Source: Sphaerodactylus townsendi (lineage: Eukaryota). From it: 64,000 bases of DNA. Shown piece by piece: positions 1 through 12,324 of the stretch. The notes under the pieces were generated by a model. That model was given only the letters and a program-made list of their open reading frames with translations. It searched no databases and was not told the origin of the DNA. Each line of letters starts with the position of its first letter. Positions within the stretch are counted from its first letter, which is position 1. Both the position numbers and the translations under genes were made by a program. Location of the stretch: positions 38,192,001 through 38,256,000 of the forward strand of contig NC_059435.1 in assembly GCF_021028975.2 (NCBI RefSeq). Direction: 5' to 3'.

Positions 1-1629
1 GCTTGAGCTCCTCTCAGTGCTAAAATTGTGTGCTGGTGGGGGCACTCTCACATCCACTGACAGAAAAGAATATTGAACAAAACTGAAGCATGGCTTTTCA
101 TTTTTTTGTTGCAAAATTCCTAGTGCCAAACAGAGAAGTACTTTAAAGCAGCTTACCTATAGCAGCAGCAAAAAGTGAAAGTAAAACTTTAGCTACAATA
201 TCTTTTTCTAGGTTTCAGCTACCAACTCCTAAATGTAGTTGACAAAAGCTATGCAGACAAATGTTTTACACAATAACAATTTTTCTTCTGTGATACACAT
301 ATCTAGAGTCTCCCCTAATGCGCTTAATCAAAGACTAGATTGAACAACCATTTTAGATCATTTGCAACCTTTTCACTAAGCCACAGACCAGAAGCCAGAA
401 ACCAACTACACAAATGAAAATTCACTGGCTCACATGCATTAAGATAGACTAAGGTTGTAGAATAAATTTTATGATTCAGTTTTGTAGCAAAAATTTATGA
501 TGTAACAACTATCTAGGGATGTTCTAATTAACTGAAAACACTTGTTCATTTGACACTTGTGCTTTAATAATTGTATTTTTCTCCCATAATACTGCACGCA
601 TTTTCATTCTATCACGTTTCTATCCCCTGTAGTATTCTGTCTTTTTAATTACTCTGGTATGCACTAGTTCCTTATTGGAGAAAGCCTACATTGATGGTTG
701 CAGTTTAATAAGCAAGTTTTCTGAGCTATCTAGTTACTCATTGTGCAAAAATTCTACCAAACTAAAAACAGAGACAGAATAAAATGATCACTCTAGTCAC
801 TGTAAGTGTTTACTTTCATTTTTATAGCCAGGGAGATATTTCTGTTGAAGGAATGTTAAATAGTAAATTGGAATATTTAATATTTATTCAAAAAGAAATT
901 ATCTTGAAATGCTAATATTATTAGATCAGAACTAACCAAGAAGCATACTTAAGAATGAAAAAAATGTAAATATCAAAGATAGTTCAAGAAATACCATGGT
1001 AACCAAGGTTTGTTTACAAAACATTCCTTAAGGAAATGCCCAGTTTTCACCTTAATACACAGCAGAAGCAACAGCTTAAAACAAAAGTAACAACAGGCTA
1101 CACAACATAATGTAATATTCTTATTCTGTGATAACATTACTATGATGTTATTATAAATTATGTCCACTTTCTTATATGATATTTATATTTATCAATGTTT
1201 CCAACTCTCAATATAGCTAAGTCTGTGGATATTTGAATCTAGGGACTGGGAACAAATCCAGAGAAGACAGATCTTCCTACAAACTTGTTGGCGGGGGGGG
1301 GGGGGGACTGGTTTAAAGAAATCTCTATCTAAAAAACACTTCTTCCCAAATGACAGACAGAATCCCTGCAGCTTTAAGAAACAAATGTCCTAAATGGCCC
1401 TTGCTAGGAAGCTACAACAGTATTGCCAGGCTTCAAGCCTTGGTTTCTGTCAGTAAGACATGGGAAAAGAGGCAAGCCCCTTTCCAGGGAAGTTATGGCC
1501 TTTGAAAGAAGACTCATCAGGGTCAGGCCTGGCAGAAACAATCAGGTGGTTCACTACCACATGACTCGCAGATCACATCCAGGACTAGATACTTGGTATT
1601 GTATAATAATAGCCACCATGCTAAAGCAA

Positions 1630-1698
1630 GTATGGTAAATGATTAGAGTCTCAGACTACAATCTGGGAGAGCCAGGTTTGAACAACCACTCAGACCTG
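1630..1698 (+). mobile_element. Degenerate tRNA-derived SINE head (Squam3/MIR-like)
   Basis: Decayed A-box/B-box pattern: TGGTAAATGATTAGAGT...GGGAGAGCCAGGTTTGAACAACCACTC. Confidence 0.5.
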
Positions 1699-2146
1699 AT
1701 ATTGAAAAAGGAATCATAAAACTGAACCCTAAAAACATCACTTCCAAGTTTTTCTCTTGAACTGATGAAAGGAAGACATAAAGCTTGGGTATGAAGCTAC
1801 AGTCATTGAGAAATGCCAAAAATGTGCAGATGGTAAATTTACTAGAAATTAATAAACATCATACTAATGTTACCCAATTGACTTACTTGCATGGGGTCTT
1901 GCTATGTTCTTCCCCTTTGAGTACCAGTAATCAGGAGAAAAGCATGCCTATAAATAGCTTACATGAATACATTAAACAAATCTCTAAAGTTTCTGCTCAT
2001 ATAAGAACACTGCTCATGTTAGTTTGTGAGACGGATCTTTTAAAAAAATAACAAAAAGTGATGGAAAATACTGTCTCAGATGTCATATTAAAAAGGCATG
2101 ATTGAAAAGATTATTTTTAAGATATGAAAGATGCAAGACCACTCAC

Positions 2147-2350
2147 CATTTCATATGCTGTTACAATTTTTTTCAAAACCTCTGGAACAATCCCTTGCAT
2201 TTCCATTGTGGGATACTGATCGCTGAGATTCATTAGCACTAAGGGTGTATTATCAGATCTCACCAAGCGTGTCGATACTGCTAATATACATTGCATGAGA
2301 TTTGCTACAGGAGAAAGGCCGCACAACTCTTTGAATGAAACTACTGCATT
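2147..2350 (-). CDS. PLCL2: PLCL2 next coding exon (exon 3), 204 nt, 68 codons
   Basis: CAG acceptor (AG at 2352-2351), translation [26 protein letters not shown]...KKIVTAYEM, consensus donor GTGAGT at 2146-2141. Phase 0 matches the preceding exon. Confidence 0.95.
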
Positions 2351-3201
2351 CTGTTTTTTAAAAAAAATTGAAAGGAAAAAATTAATATCTCATTCAATAG
2401 GTAATTCAATTATTTTTCAGAACAGGTAAGAAATACAGGTTAACAAATATAATAATACAAAAAAACTATTATTCATCCATGACCTGAAAAATGACAGGTG
2501 TCCAAGGTAAGCAAGAGTTAGATGTTTGCAGCATTTATCAAGTATATTAAACACGAATGCTGCTGTGGAAAATTAATTCTGGTTTTCAGCAGTTTGGTCA
2601 AAAATTATTTTTTGACCCAGGTGAAGTGTGTAAAAGCTTCTCACTCCACTGTGACTTTGACACCATGCTTTCTACTTGCAAATCCTTTTAAGCTTCAAGG
2701 TTGACAGGTATTTCTGGATAACCACATTGGGTCATTCATTTTAATCTTCCATAGACAAAACCTCTACATTATGATAATTCATTATAGGATGAAAAAGCTA
2801 TGAGTGTAGAGACCTGATCTTGTCCAAGGTTACTGAAAATATTTCAAGACCCATTTCTGCCTCTGATTATTCCCTTTAACAGGTAAACAAATCCAAGGCC
2901 AAAGTGAATACAGAAGTTACCTTCAAATTAATATAACAAAGACCTCATATTTCAGACTTCATTACTGCTAAAGGGTCATCCTGACATTACACAGTTTGGA
3001 TGGTCAGAATCTCAATCTCAATATAATTGTACCCACCCCCACCCCAGATCTTTGAGGTAACAGAGGTCAGACCAACATACTGGATATATTCAGATATCAA
3101 GACACGTTTGTTAGGAGAATTAAAATAAATTATCAGGCTCGTATGCTGTCTACTGTTCCTTTCACATGCAAAGCCAAAATGGAAAATTTAATGGTTTAGG
3201 A

Positions 3202-3238
3202 CTGCAACCTGCGGCTCTCCAGATGTTCAGAGACTACA
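3202..3238. mobile_element. 37-bp fragment of the palindromic hAT-type MITE
   Basis: CTGCAACCTGCGGCTCTCCAGATGTTCAGAGACTACA matches 40064-40100 at 36/37 positions. Confidence 0.85.
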
Positions 3239-3368
3239 TGTTCATAGATGTTCATAGACTTAACATCTACACTGAACTATGTCCACTGGTTACAGAAACA
3301 TAAGTTGATTGCATTAAACAAATTAATGTAAATACTAATCTTCTGTGAAAGTAAATCAAATACAATAC

Positions 3369-5855
3369 CTGCATGTTTTCCCGCAAATCTGTACCATCCC
3401 GTATGGGCTGGAGCGCATTCTTGAATACTTCATCAATGGTTTTAATCCATAAAGTCCTCATACAAGCATATTCTCTGGATTTCTTGCTTTTTCTGACTGA
3501 AAGACCCCGTTTATGAGGCTTCCCACCACCCCTTCTATTAGTAATAGCCACATGTACGAACAGGAATGCATGTGCTAGAGCTTCTCCTGTTAAAGACTGA
3601 AGTGGAACATGCCGATAACCTGTTTGTAAACACTCAAAGGGAATTGTGTACTGCCCAATAAATTCATCCCCAATATAATCATCATCCAGCACTACAAACC
3701 GCACCATAGCAAGTTCAGGTAGATTAATCTGAAATTCAAAACTTTCGTCAAATATTGGATTGTCCCCATTTTGATGCACAGTTTTTGTCCTTTGCTCTGC
3801 ACAATCTGCAGGGATCCCGTGGATTTCTACATAGACGTAAGGATCCACAACATCACCTTTGGCACCTGACCCTTTTGGTTTGGGAAAGTTCTGCCCACTA
3901 ATAATTTTAACATGAAGAAGCTGTGGTGAAACTCCAGGCACACTGTCTTTTGTATTTGCACTAAAGAAAGAAACTTCTTCCCGCATGATTGCAGGTCGTA
4001 GTACGTAACCACAATTGCCATTCTGTCGAAACCAACCAATGTTGAGATCCATCATTAATCCAGGAGTCTGAAAGTTCATTGCCACTATCTGGCAGCCACA
4101 TTTCCAAAAATCCTGTGGATTCATATTACTTGAATCAATCCTCATGGGACTAGGGAAAACCCTGGCAAGAAAACGTTTGTTGTAATTCACAAAGTCTCCA
4201 GCATTTTCGTTGGCATATCTGTTAGCAAGTACTTCATTAAAGGAACACATTTCCCAGTATTTTTGAAGCTGAAATGAAACCTGGAAATCTTTGAACTGAA
4301 CTGACTTGCATATGCTTACCATTTCTGAAAGCTCTTTACAGAGCTGGAACTTTTTTACTGGCACAACATTTTGCTGCTCCACACCCTCCTTACCCACTCT
4401 CTGAGACATTTCTGCTCCTTCATCTTCATCAGTAACATCTCCCTCTAGCCCAGAGCAATTAGGAGAAAGCTTCTTGGCTTTCAATAGTATTTTCCCTTTG
4501 AGATATTCAGGAGAAGGCAGGTAAGATTCCTCTGTATTTGGAGACTGTGTATACAGCTTGTCCCCCAGTATTTTCTTCATATGCTGAACCATCACTTTCT
4601 GTTGTTTGAGAGAGCAATGATTTTCTAAACACAACATAAGAGGGTAGTCTGAAGCAAAAAATGCATATTTGTTAATAATGTCAATTACACTACGGAAGAC
4701 TATCTGTGAGGTCATTGTATGACCTGTGTAAATTACAGGTTCATTATCAGGACCATCCCAAACATCCAACTCAACACTTCGACACCCCATTTTAAGAGCA
4801 CGAATATATCCTGTGATATCCGATGGGCCTCGAAACTGGTCCTCTATCAAGTATGTGTTATGAGATGAATTTATGAAATAATGAGATAAAGGTTGTTTCA
4901 TGTCCTGGCACACCTTTTTATGCTCTGGATCAAATATGTGACATTCTGCTGAAATAAGGTAATTTGTAAAACCATCTATGGAAAGCCATCCCTTTTCCTG
5001 GCCCTCTCTAGAAGGCTCATATTTGCAAATAATTTCAAGGCTTATTTCTTCTGTGACATGTGCCATACCCTGTTCTGCTTCTAAAAACATCATAAGGTCC
5101 TTGGTGTCAAGGAATTCTTTATTGCTAGAAAACTGAACTAACAAGAAATAGATCTCAGGGCGAGTGCAAAGCTCATGAAAAACTTCAATAAACTCCTCTT
5201 TTGTGATTTCAGTACCAGGTTTGTCTTTCGATCGGTGTAATTCTTTGAATTTCAGTTCAATTTTACTCGTTTTTAAGCCAGAGTTTAGGCTTTTGATAAA
5301 TTGTACAGCTCTACACAATGATATACGCCCCATGTTATCTACATCCGTTTCAGTAAACATTTGTGAAACCCATGAAGTCCGCATTTTATCTTGACTACTT
5401 TCTAGCATATCAAGTGTATGTTTTCCATAAGATATCAGGTATCTTAGTCCGGTAACCCAGATATTTGCAACATCTGCAGTATTTGCAACAAGATCCAGAG
5501 ATTCGTAATTATCCCCATAGATGACAGAAAATGCGCAGTCTTCTGAAATCTGGTCATAAATTCCATTGCTACGAAAAATGTCTGTGTTTTTTCCTGTTCT
5601 CACTTCTTTGACTGATTTAATATCAATCTTTGCTTTTTCAGAATCCTTCTTTGAGGGTTCCCAACGTAGGGATTGCATATCTGCATCTAAAAGGAAGTAT
5701 CGGTGGTATACTCGGGAGTTGGATCGAACCTTTTTGAGTTCTGAGCCTTCAACCATAGCATTAATACAGTCACTCGCACTGCTGATCTTCTTCTCAGTCG
5801 GCATGCTGCTGAACGACACGGTCTTTTTCCGTTCTCTTTTTTGCTTGGTACCATC
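3369..5855 (-). CDS. PLCL2: PLCL2 large internal coding exon (exon 2 by human numbering): PH, EF-hand, X/Y catalytic-like and C2 domains; 2487 nt, 829 codons
   Basis: The minus strand has a polypyrimidine tract plus TAG acceptor (AG at 5857-5856), then GAT GGT ACC AAG = [30 protein letters not shown]. The frame stays open to RENMQ, followed by a GT donor at 3368-3367. It contains PLC motifs SSHNTYL, ELDVWDG, RIDSSN and C2-type [10 protein letters not shown], and matches PLCL2 as I recall it. Confidence 0.97.
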
Positions 5856-6893
5856 CTAGAAATAGAAAAAGAAAAGAATAAGGAAATATCTGCCAAATGT
5901 CATGTAGATATTTCTACCTGTCTGCTACTTTTAATATACTTCATTCTGCCGGAATGTGAAGATTTGTGGGCCTACTAGGTATTCTCAAAGGGATCTTTGT
6001 CCTGGGGATGAACTGATCTGTCCTCAACAATTCATGTCTAGGGGAACATTGAATAGAGTAGATGTGTACCCCTGTCATGTGTATCTTTACTGAGAGGCAA
6101 GTCAAGCCAGCTCAGTGAAACTTATTATAAGGTGAGTGTACACAGGATCATTACATAGTAATCAAAATATTTTATGATCAATATTTACAGCAACCCTCAG
6201 AGATAATACATACTATTTCCATAATGAGTTCCAGCCGAGAGACTTATTCAAAACCATGAAGCCAAAAAGACATTTGGATATGTTTCTTTATTGTACTCTG
6301 CTGTTGACTGCTGAACTCACACTGTAAGTGGACCTAAATCTGGTAATACATTTAAACCTCTACTGAGATATGAAACCCTTGGTTTGGTCCTCAATAAAAA
6401 AATTCCTATGCATAATTTGCTAAGGGTTTGGAATGTCTAACAACAAACCCGCAACCAATGGGTCCCTTCCCTGTTTCCCACACTGCACAGGGCTTAGAAA
6501 ACAGGGGGGACAGCCCTCTCCTGCCTGCCCTCCCCCCATCTAGAACTCATTTTATTTCATTTTACAGTGGGATTAACTGCTAGTATATACTATTTTATCA
6601 AAAGTATCTCAACTATGAGACATAACTCATGTGTCAGCATGTGAACACAAGGTTAACTGGAATGGTAGGGCCAAAACTGTGGATTTGTGAACCTTTTCCT
6701 GATGGAGTTTTCTTTAATGAAAAAAAAAACAAGTGACTTTGGAGATGAGCTGGGATTAGCAGAGGACTGGAAAAGCTTAACACTTTCTCTATTAGCTGCT
6801 TGTTAAAACTGCTCTCCAACACTTTCCTATCTGCAGTAGAAAAGGTACTGGGGCACTCATGCATTTGATCCACAGAGGATGGTTCTTAACATA

Positions 6894-7143
6894 CCCTGTT
6901 TCCCCTAATATAAGACATCCCCGAAAAATAAGACATAGTAGAGGTTTTGCTGAAGTACGAAATATAAGGCATCCCCCGAAAGTAAGACATAGCAAAGTTT
7001 TTGTTTGGAAGCATGCCCGACGAACAGAACACAGAAAAATAAGACATCCCCTGAAAATAAGACATAGCGCATCTTTGGGAGCAAGAATTAATATAAGACA
7101 CTGTCCATAGAGTTGACACTGTCTTATATTCGGGGAAACACGG
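6894..7143. mobile_element. Tc1/mariner-superfamily (Tc2/pogo-like) MITE, 250 bp
   Basis: TIRs CCCTGTTTCCCCTAATATAAGAC / GTCTTATATTCGGGGAAACACGG with TA on both sides (6892-6893, 7144-7145). About seven internal direct copies of a TAAGACA motif. Confidence 0.88.
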
Positions 7144-9583
7144 TAGTACAGTTGGGATCAAAGCTGAAGGACAGGTGCACCCTCAAACTCCCAGCTAATT
7201 TTTCAATAGAAGAGGCAAGCAATGTGAAGTATCATCTCCTCTCCAAGTCCAATGTGATTAACAAAAACTGAAGCTTGTTCCCATTTCCCTATGTGAAGCT
7301 TCCATTCCCTTATTCTCCACTCCATCCACAATACTGATGATAAACAGCTCTGCATTCTGAAATAAGTTTTGAATTACTCCATACCCTGGGGACCCTTGTT
7401 CCCCAAAGCCTAATTCCAGCATAAAGGGCTTCAAAGCAAGGGACTTTCAGGAAAACTGAAGAACAACTGGAGATTGCTATATCCTGAAGTAAGTTGTAAA
7501 CCACAACAAATAAGGGACAGTTACCAAAGTTTGTTTCAGAATGCAGAACTTTGTAAGTATCATTAATATTTGCAGATGGATTGGAGAATAAGGAACCAGG
7601 AATTGCAAACAAGTAAATAGGAACTATTTGAATATACTTTCTTGGCTGTGGATGGAGGGAAGCATTTTTAGGGGGGGGGGGGATCTCCAAGGTGGTGCCT
7701 TATTTGGAGGAATCAGAAAAGGAAGTTGAGTCTGGAAGTCCCATCCTAAACTCAGCTTTAGAAATAGCCTTACATTAGGGGATGGAGAGAATACTAGAGA
7801 AACAGAACAGTGTAAGCAGAGTTGGGGAAAGAACAGGAATGCTACCTCCCCCATTTCCAAGCTAAGTTCTTTAGCTAGACAAATACAGAAAAACTAAGGC
7901 ATCTGCAGTATCCATCTTCCCTACATGAAACTGAGGACACAGTCAGGGAGTACATGATTTGACTTTATTTGATAGGTGACATTACAGTCAATGATGCTAT
8001 AAAGCAATGGATGTGAGTCACTTGGTTAAAGTTTTGAAGCTATAAAGTTACAAAAAAAACGATTTGCTAAAATGCTCAGTCTGAAGAATGGTTTGTCACA
8101 AAGATGCAATGCTTACAGATTACAGCTATACGAAGAAATCACATTAAAATCTCTCCACATGGTAACCCTTTCCACATCAGACTGTGAGTAACCATTACAA
8201 AGCTCATTGTTTCAGAGGGGTAGACTCACAAAGGCTTATGATGAATGCGTTAAGTCTTTAAAATGTGCTGCAGGACGTTTATCATAGTATGGGTGGAGAA
8301 GAATGTGACTAAATTTGTTAAAAGATTATGGGTGGGTGGGTGGAGTCAAAGTCAATCTTGGCCTGTGAGGAGGCTCAAACAGATCCTGAAAGGTAAACAG
8401 CATTAAATATGTAGTTTGCTGGTATAGACAACCAACAACATTCATCAAATACACTGAATCTACAAAAAATTTGAAGTGTCTCTGTCCAGAGCCCTAAAGT
8501 GTGTTCCAATATGCACTTGGAATTCATATGTGCATAGGCTTCTCCAAAAACAATACATACTGATCTGTACAAATTGAATAATTAAGTAATTGAAGGCAAG
8601 CAGATTTCTAGGTGATCTTGCATCCACATGAGAACTTCAGTTTTGAATGAAGAGCCATTATCCAGCCAGTCAATCTCCAATTTGGTGCCCATAGGTGACA
8701 CAGTCCTCGACAAATGTTTTTAGAAAGTGGTTAGGGACAGCTCCGGGGGCTACTGGCTATTGCAGATTTGATTGGCTGTGCATATTTTTTAAAATGCTGC
8801 TTTGGCAGCAGCTATCATCACAACACAAAGATTTTCACAATGGGACTGAAGGTATGCTAAAGCCGCCATTTTGTGTCCGCGCCCACCAAACAGTGTCAGA
8901 ATTCCAAAGTATCAGAATTCCAAAGGTGCTCAAAAAGGTTGGAGTGGTATTACCACTTTATGGAATAAAATGTAAAGATTTTCCTCCAAGCCTAACAGGT
9001 GAGCCGCTTAAGTTGCAAGAAAGCTCCTTAGGCTGGAAGAGGTTTCAAGCCCTTGAAATTCTGCATTGATTTACAGTCCAGATTTCCAATGTGCATTTTG
9101 TAGACTCGGTTTTTAAAAGTTCAAACCCGAGTTTCTCTACAGGGGCAATATTTTCCCAAAGTAGTTTAACTATTTATTCATTCTAAAGTATTCATTAAGA
9201 AACTAATACTGTGAATTACACTGGAGCCTGGCCGACCATTTTTTCATGTCCCTCACCTCACCCCATTCCCCCTCACCTCTTGGTTTTCATCATATCATGC
9301 ATTTTATATTTTTGGCTGTTTTTCTTATTCCTCACCCCTTTGCATTTTTACTTCTGTGTGAGAAAATTCCACAATTACACTAAGCAGCGATTCAACAGAT
9401 TTTCTTCCTGCATTGGGACAAATTTACTCACCAATAAACCTGTGATTAAATGAAGTAACGATTCAACAGATTGACAAGGCAGCAAATCAATGGATCAGCA
9501 AAAAATGTTTGGAGTAGGTGAGTGCAGTCAAACACTATGGTAAAGGGAGGGATTGAAAACGTTCCAGAGATGTTCTAAATTAT

Positions 9584-9687
9584 TTGTGTGGAAAAGGCTA
9601 CTTTCTAAAATGTTGACTGGAATTCACAGAATTGTGTGGGAAAGGCTACTTTCAAAGGATCCAAAAATGTTGACTGGAATTCACAGA
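9584..9687. repeat. Imperfect tandem duplication, ~48-56 bp unit
   Basis: TTGTGTGG(A/G)AAAGGCTACTTTC...AAAATGTTGACTGGAATTCACAGA occurs twice in succession. Confidence 0.85.
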
Positions 9688-10486
9688 CAATCGGGATTCC
9701 TCATTAATCAAATAGGTTAGTTAACCAAGATTTTATCCAGTTTCCTCCTCGGTCATTTGGCTGGCATGCTGAAAAACCACATCATCCAGTTAACTGTATG
9801 CTAGTTAACAAAGGTTTTACTATACTTTCTTTTGTTTTGCTGCTACAGAGTAATACAGTAGACTGCTGGAAAGCATCACTGGTAGAAATCCATCCAACTA
9901 AATGATTAATGTATATCGTTTCAGTTCGAACTATAACCAAGCCAGATGGAAGTCTTCCCACAGTCAATCAATTATCACTGTTTTACAAGTAATTCCATAC
10001 CTCAAACTTAACTTTCTTCCTCTCTACATACACACAGGAAGATTAATTTTATCTCATAAATGAGGTCTGGTTAAAAATAAATAAATCTCATTAATGCATT
10101 TAAAGTTATTTTGTTTTAGAACTTCCCAGTCAAGGAGTAAAGGCTTGAATAATATATCAATTTTGAACATTTTAAGAGCCTTTCTAGATTGTTTTTGTTC
10201 AAGAGATAAATGTACAGAGTGTAGAATACTTGTTGGCAAGCAACAAGTAATGTTTTCATGATAATAGTACTGAGATATCCCATTTCATATGGTACTGGGA
10301 TATCAAAACAGTACAGGGATATCATATTCCTCAAGCATTTGAGCTATAATATTTTTTCACTGGGGGAAAGACTTTTTTTTCATCCAGCTATTCCGACAGT
10401 TACAATTCTGAGCAGCTACTTGATTTCAACACTCACTCATGATGAGCAACCAATCTCCCAGTCTTCTTCTTATAATGTTTGGTACT

Positions 10487-11170
10487 CAGAGTAGATAAAA
10501 ATCAATAATTTTTAAAATTAAAAAATGGATTTTTCATTTAAATTGGATTTTAAAAAATAAAATGCTTTTTGAGAAAAAAATCTGTCTAAAGATAGTTTTC
10601 TATTTAGGATACATGATAGTTCAGTGCTTTTCTAGAGGTTTCTGAACATTGTTTTAGGCAGTTTTTCCATCTAGAAGATATTATCACAGATGCTTAGTTT
10701 TGAAGTTTTCAAAACTGTGAAACTATCTGTAGACATAACATGCATCTTCTTCACAGTAAAAAAAATAAAATGGGGATGAGGCGGTTTATAAATCGAAAGA
10801 ATAAATAAATAAATAAATAAAATAGATTTGAGAAAAAGACTTTAATCCCATTGTTCCTTTGCAATTTTATATACAGAGAATCAATCTCTTATCTTTTAAG
10901 TGCTAAATTTCAAGAAGTTCAATTAAGAGAAGATTGTTTCGAAAAACTGGATCTGTACAAGGAGTTTAGTGTGAGGAACGTGGAGCAAGCAGTAAAAATG
11001 AAAATGAAAGATTTTGAGCAGAATACTCCATAAGTCTTGGAATCTTGGCCTGTATGAGGTTTGTCACATTTTCTTTCTGGAGGAGAAAATCTGAAATGCC
11101 AGAAGGCCATAAAAGAGACCCAGTTTGGGAATATTTTAATGAAGTTCCTCTACCTATGGGTGAGGCAGGT
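10487..11170 (+). mobile_element. 5' fragment of a hAT-type DNA transposon including the start of a BED-finger-like transposase
   Basis: Starts CAGAGTAGATAAAAATCAAT with GATTT-rich subterminal motifs. Near 11105-11170 it translates GHKRDPVWEYFNEVPLPMGEAG, resembling the xxVWxxF start of hAT BED fingers. Interrupted by an (AAAT)n-tailed piece near 10770-10822. Confidence 0.5.
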
Positions 11171-11341
11171 TTGGTTTTTTTAATTTATGGTTTGAACACA
11201 AAGTTAGAGTGAACACAACACTGAACTATAGACCATTTGGGATTCTTCATTACAACTTGATTTACAGTTAGCAGTAAGTTGCTATTATGCTTTGCACTGG
11301 CTCAAGCTACTGCTTCTTTCGTCTGCCAGCTCTGACTCCAA

Positions 11342-11839
11342 GGCTCGTTCCGCACACGCGCAGAAAAGAGCCTCCACCGGCGAGGCTCAGGGACCATTCG
11401 CATGCTAGTGTGCAAATGGCCCTCACTCCCCCCCACCAGCCAGAGAGGCGGCTCCACACAGAGTCGCCTCTCAGTCAGCCCCCTCCACTGACCTTCATGT
11501 CCAGCGTCGCTCTTGAGGGCTGCAGGGACCCACCCACGCTGACCTCCGACCTCCAGGGGTCAGAGGACAGCGTGGGTGGGTCTCTGCAGCCCTCCAGAGC
11601 GACGCTGGACATGAAGGTCAGTGGAGGCAACAGGGAAAGCGGCGTCTTTCCAGCAGTGCAGTTCGCACCGCGCCGACGGGAAGACGTCGCTTTGCAAAAA
11701 CCTCGCTTGTTGAGTGAGGTTTAAAGCGGTGCCTTCACACCGTTCCTGGGCGGCCAGGACGACACTGCTGTGATGCAGCAGCACCTCCTGTGCGAACAGC
11801 AACCCAGGGATGGCATATTTCACCCATGCGGAAAGAGCC
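11342..11839. mobile_element. PIF/Harbinger-type non-autonomous element, 498 bp, GC-rich, with internal hairpin
   Basis: Termini GGCTCGTTCCGCAC / ATGCGGAAAGAGCC; 3-bp TSD CAA (11339-11341, 11840-11842); internal inverted repeat 11482-11627. Confidence 0.8.
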
Positions 11840-12192
11840 CAACTGAACTAATGGCTGTTTAACTGTAAGCCTCGCACCAACATACCATCAGTATCCATTG
11901 ATTACTCTTAGGGAAAGGAGACACCTAACCTTTCTGTCACAGTAAGTACCTAACAGATCACTGCAACATACAACAGATACATATTTATGTACATGCTTGA
12001 ACAGTAACAATATAGTATGAAAACTACAAGGAAGAGTCCAGCAGGCCATAATCAACATAAACAGGAAATTCACATCAAGAGTCACAAAACATAATCATAT
12101 ACAAAACACTGTAAATCACATTCAGGAAAGATATATTAAAATGATAATGTAGTTGTAACTTTGTATAAAATGATAATGTGGTTGTAACTTTT

Positions 12193-12220
12193 TGTGTGTG
12201 TGTGTGTGTGCGCGCACACG

Positions 12221-12251
<31 letters not shown>

Positions 12252-12261
12252 ATATATGTGT
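12193..12261. repeat. Compound (TG)n(CG)n(CA)n alternating purine-pyrimidine microsatellite
   Basis: Read directly: 69 bp of uninterrupted R/Y alternation. Confidence 0.95.
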
Positions 12262-12324
12262 CCTGATGCTGGTCCTGATGCTAAAGAAGTTGATTCATTG
12301 CCTCAATCCATTTTCAACTTCCTT

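Noticed and set aside
1-2140. Further downstream PLCL2 exons
   Set aside because: No segment with matching coding content and splice sites was recognised. They probably lie outside the window.
3267-5819. 850-aa single-exon ORF from the track
   Set aside because: Its start is an internal GTG (Val) and its last 33 residues are intron read-through past the GT donor at 3368. The real unit is exon 5855-3369.
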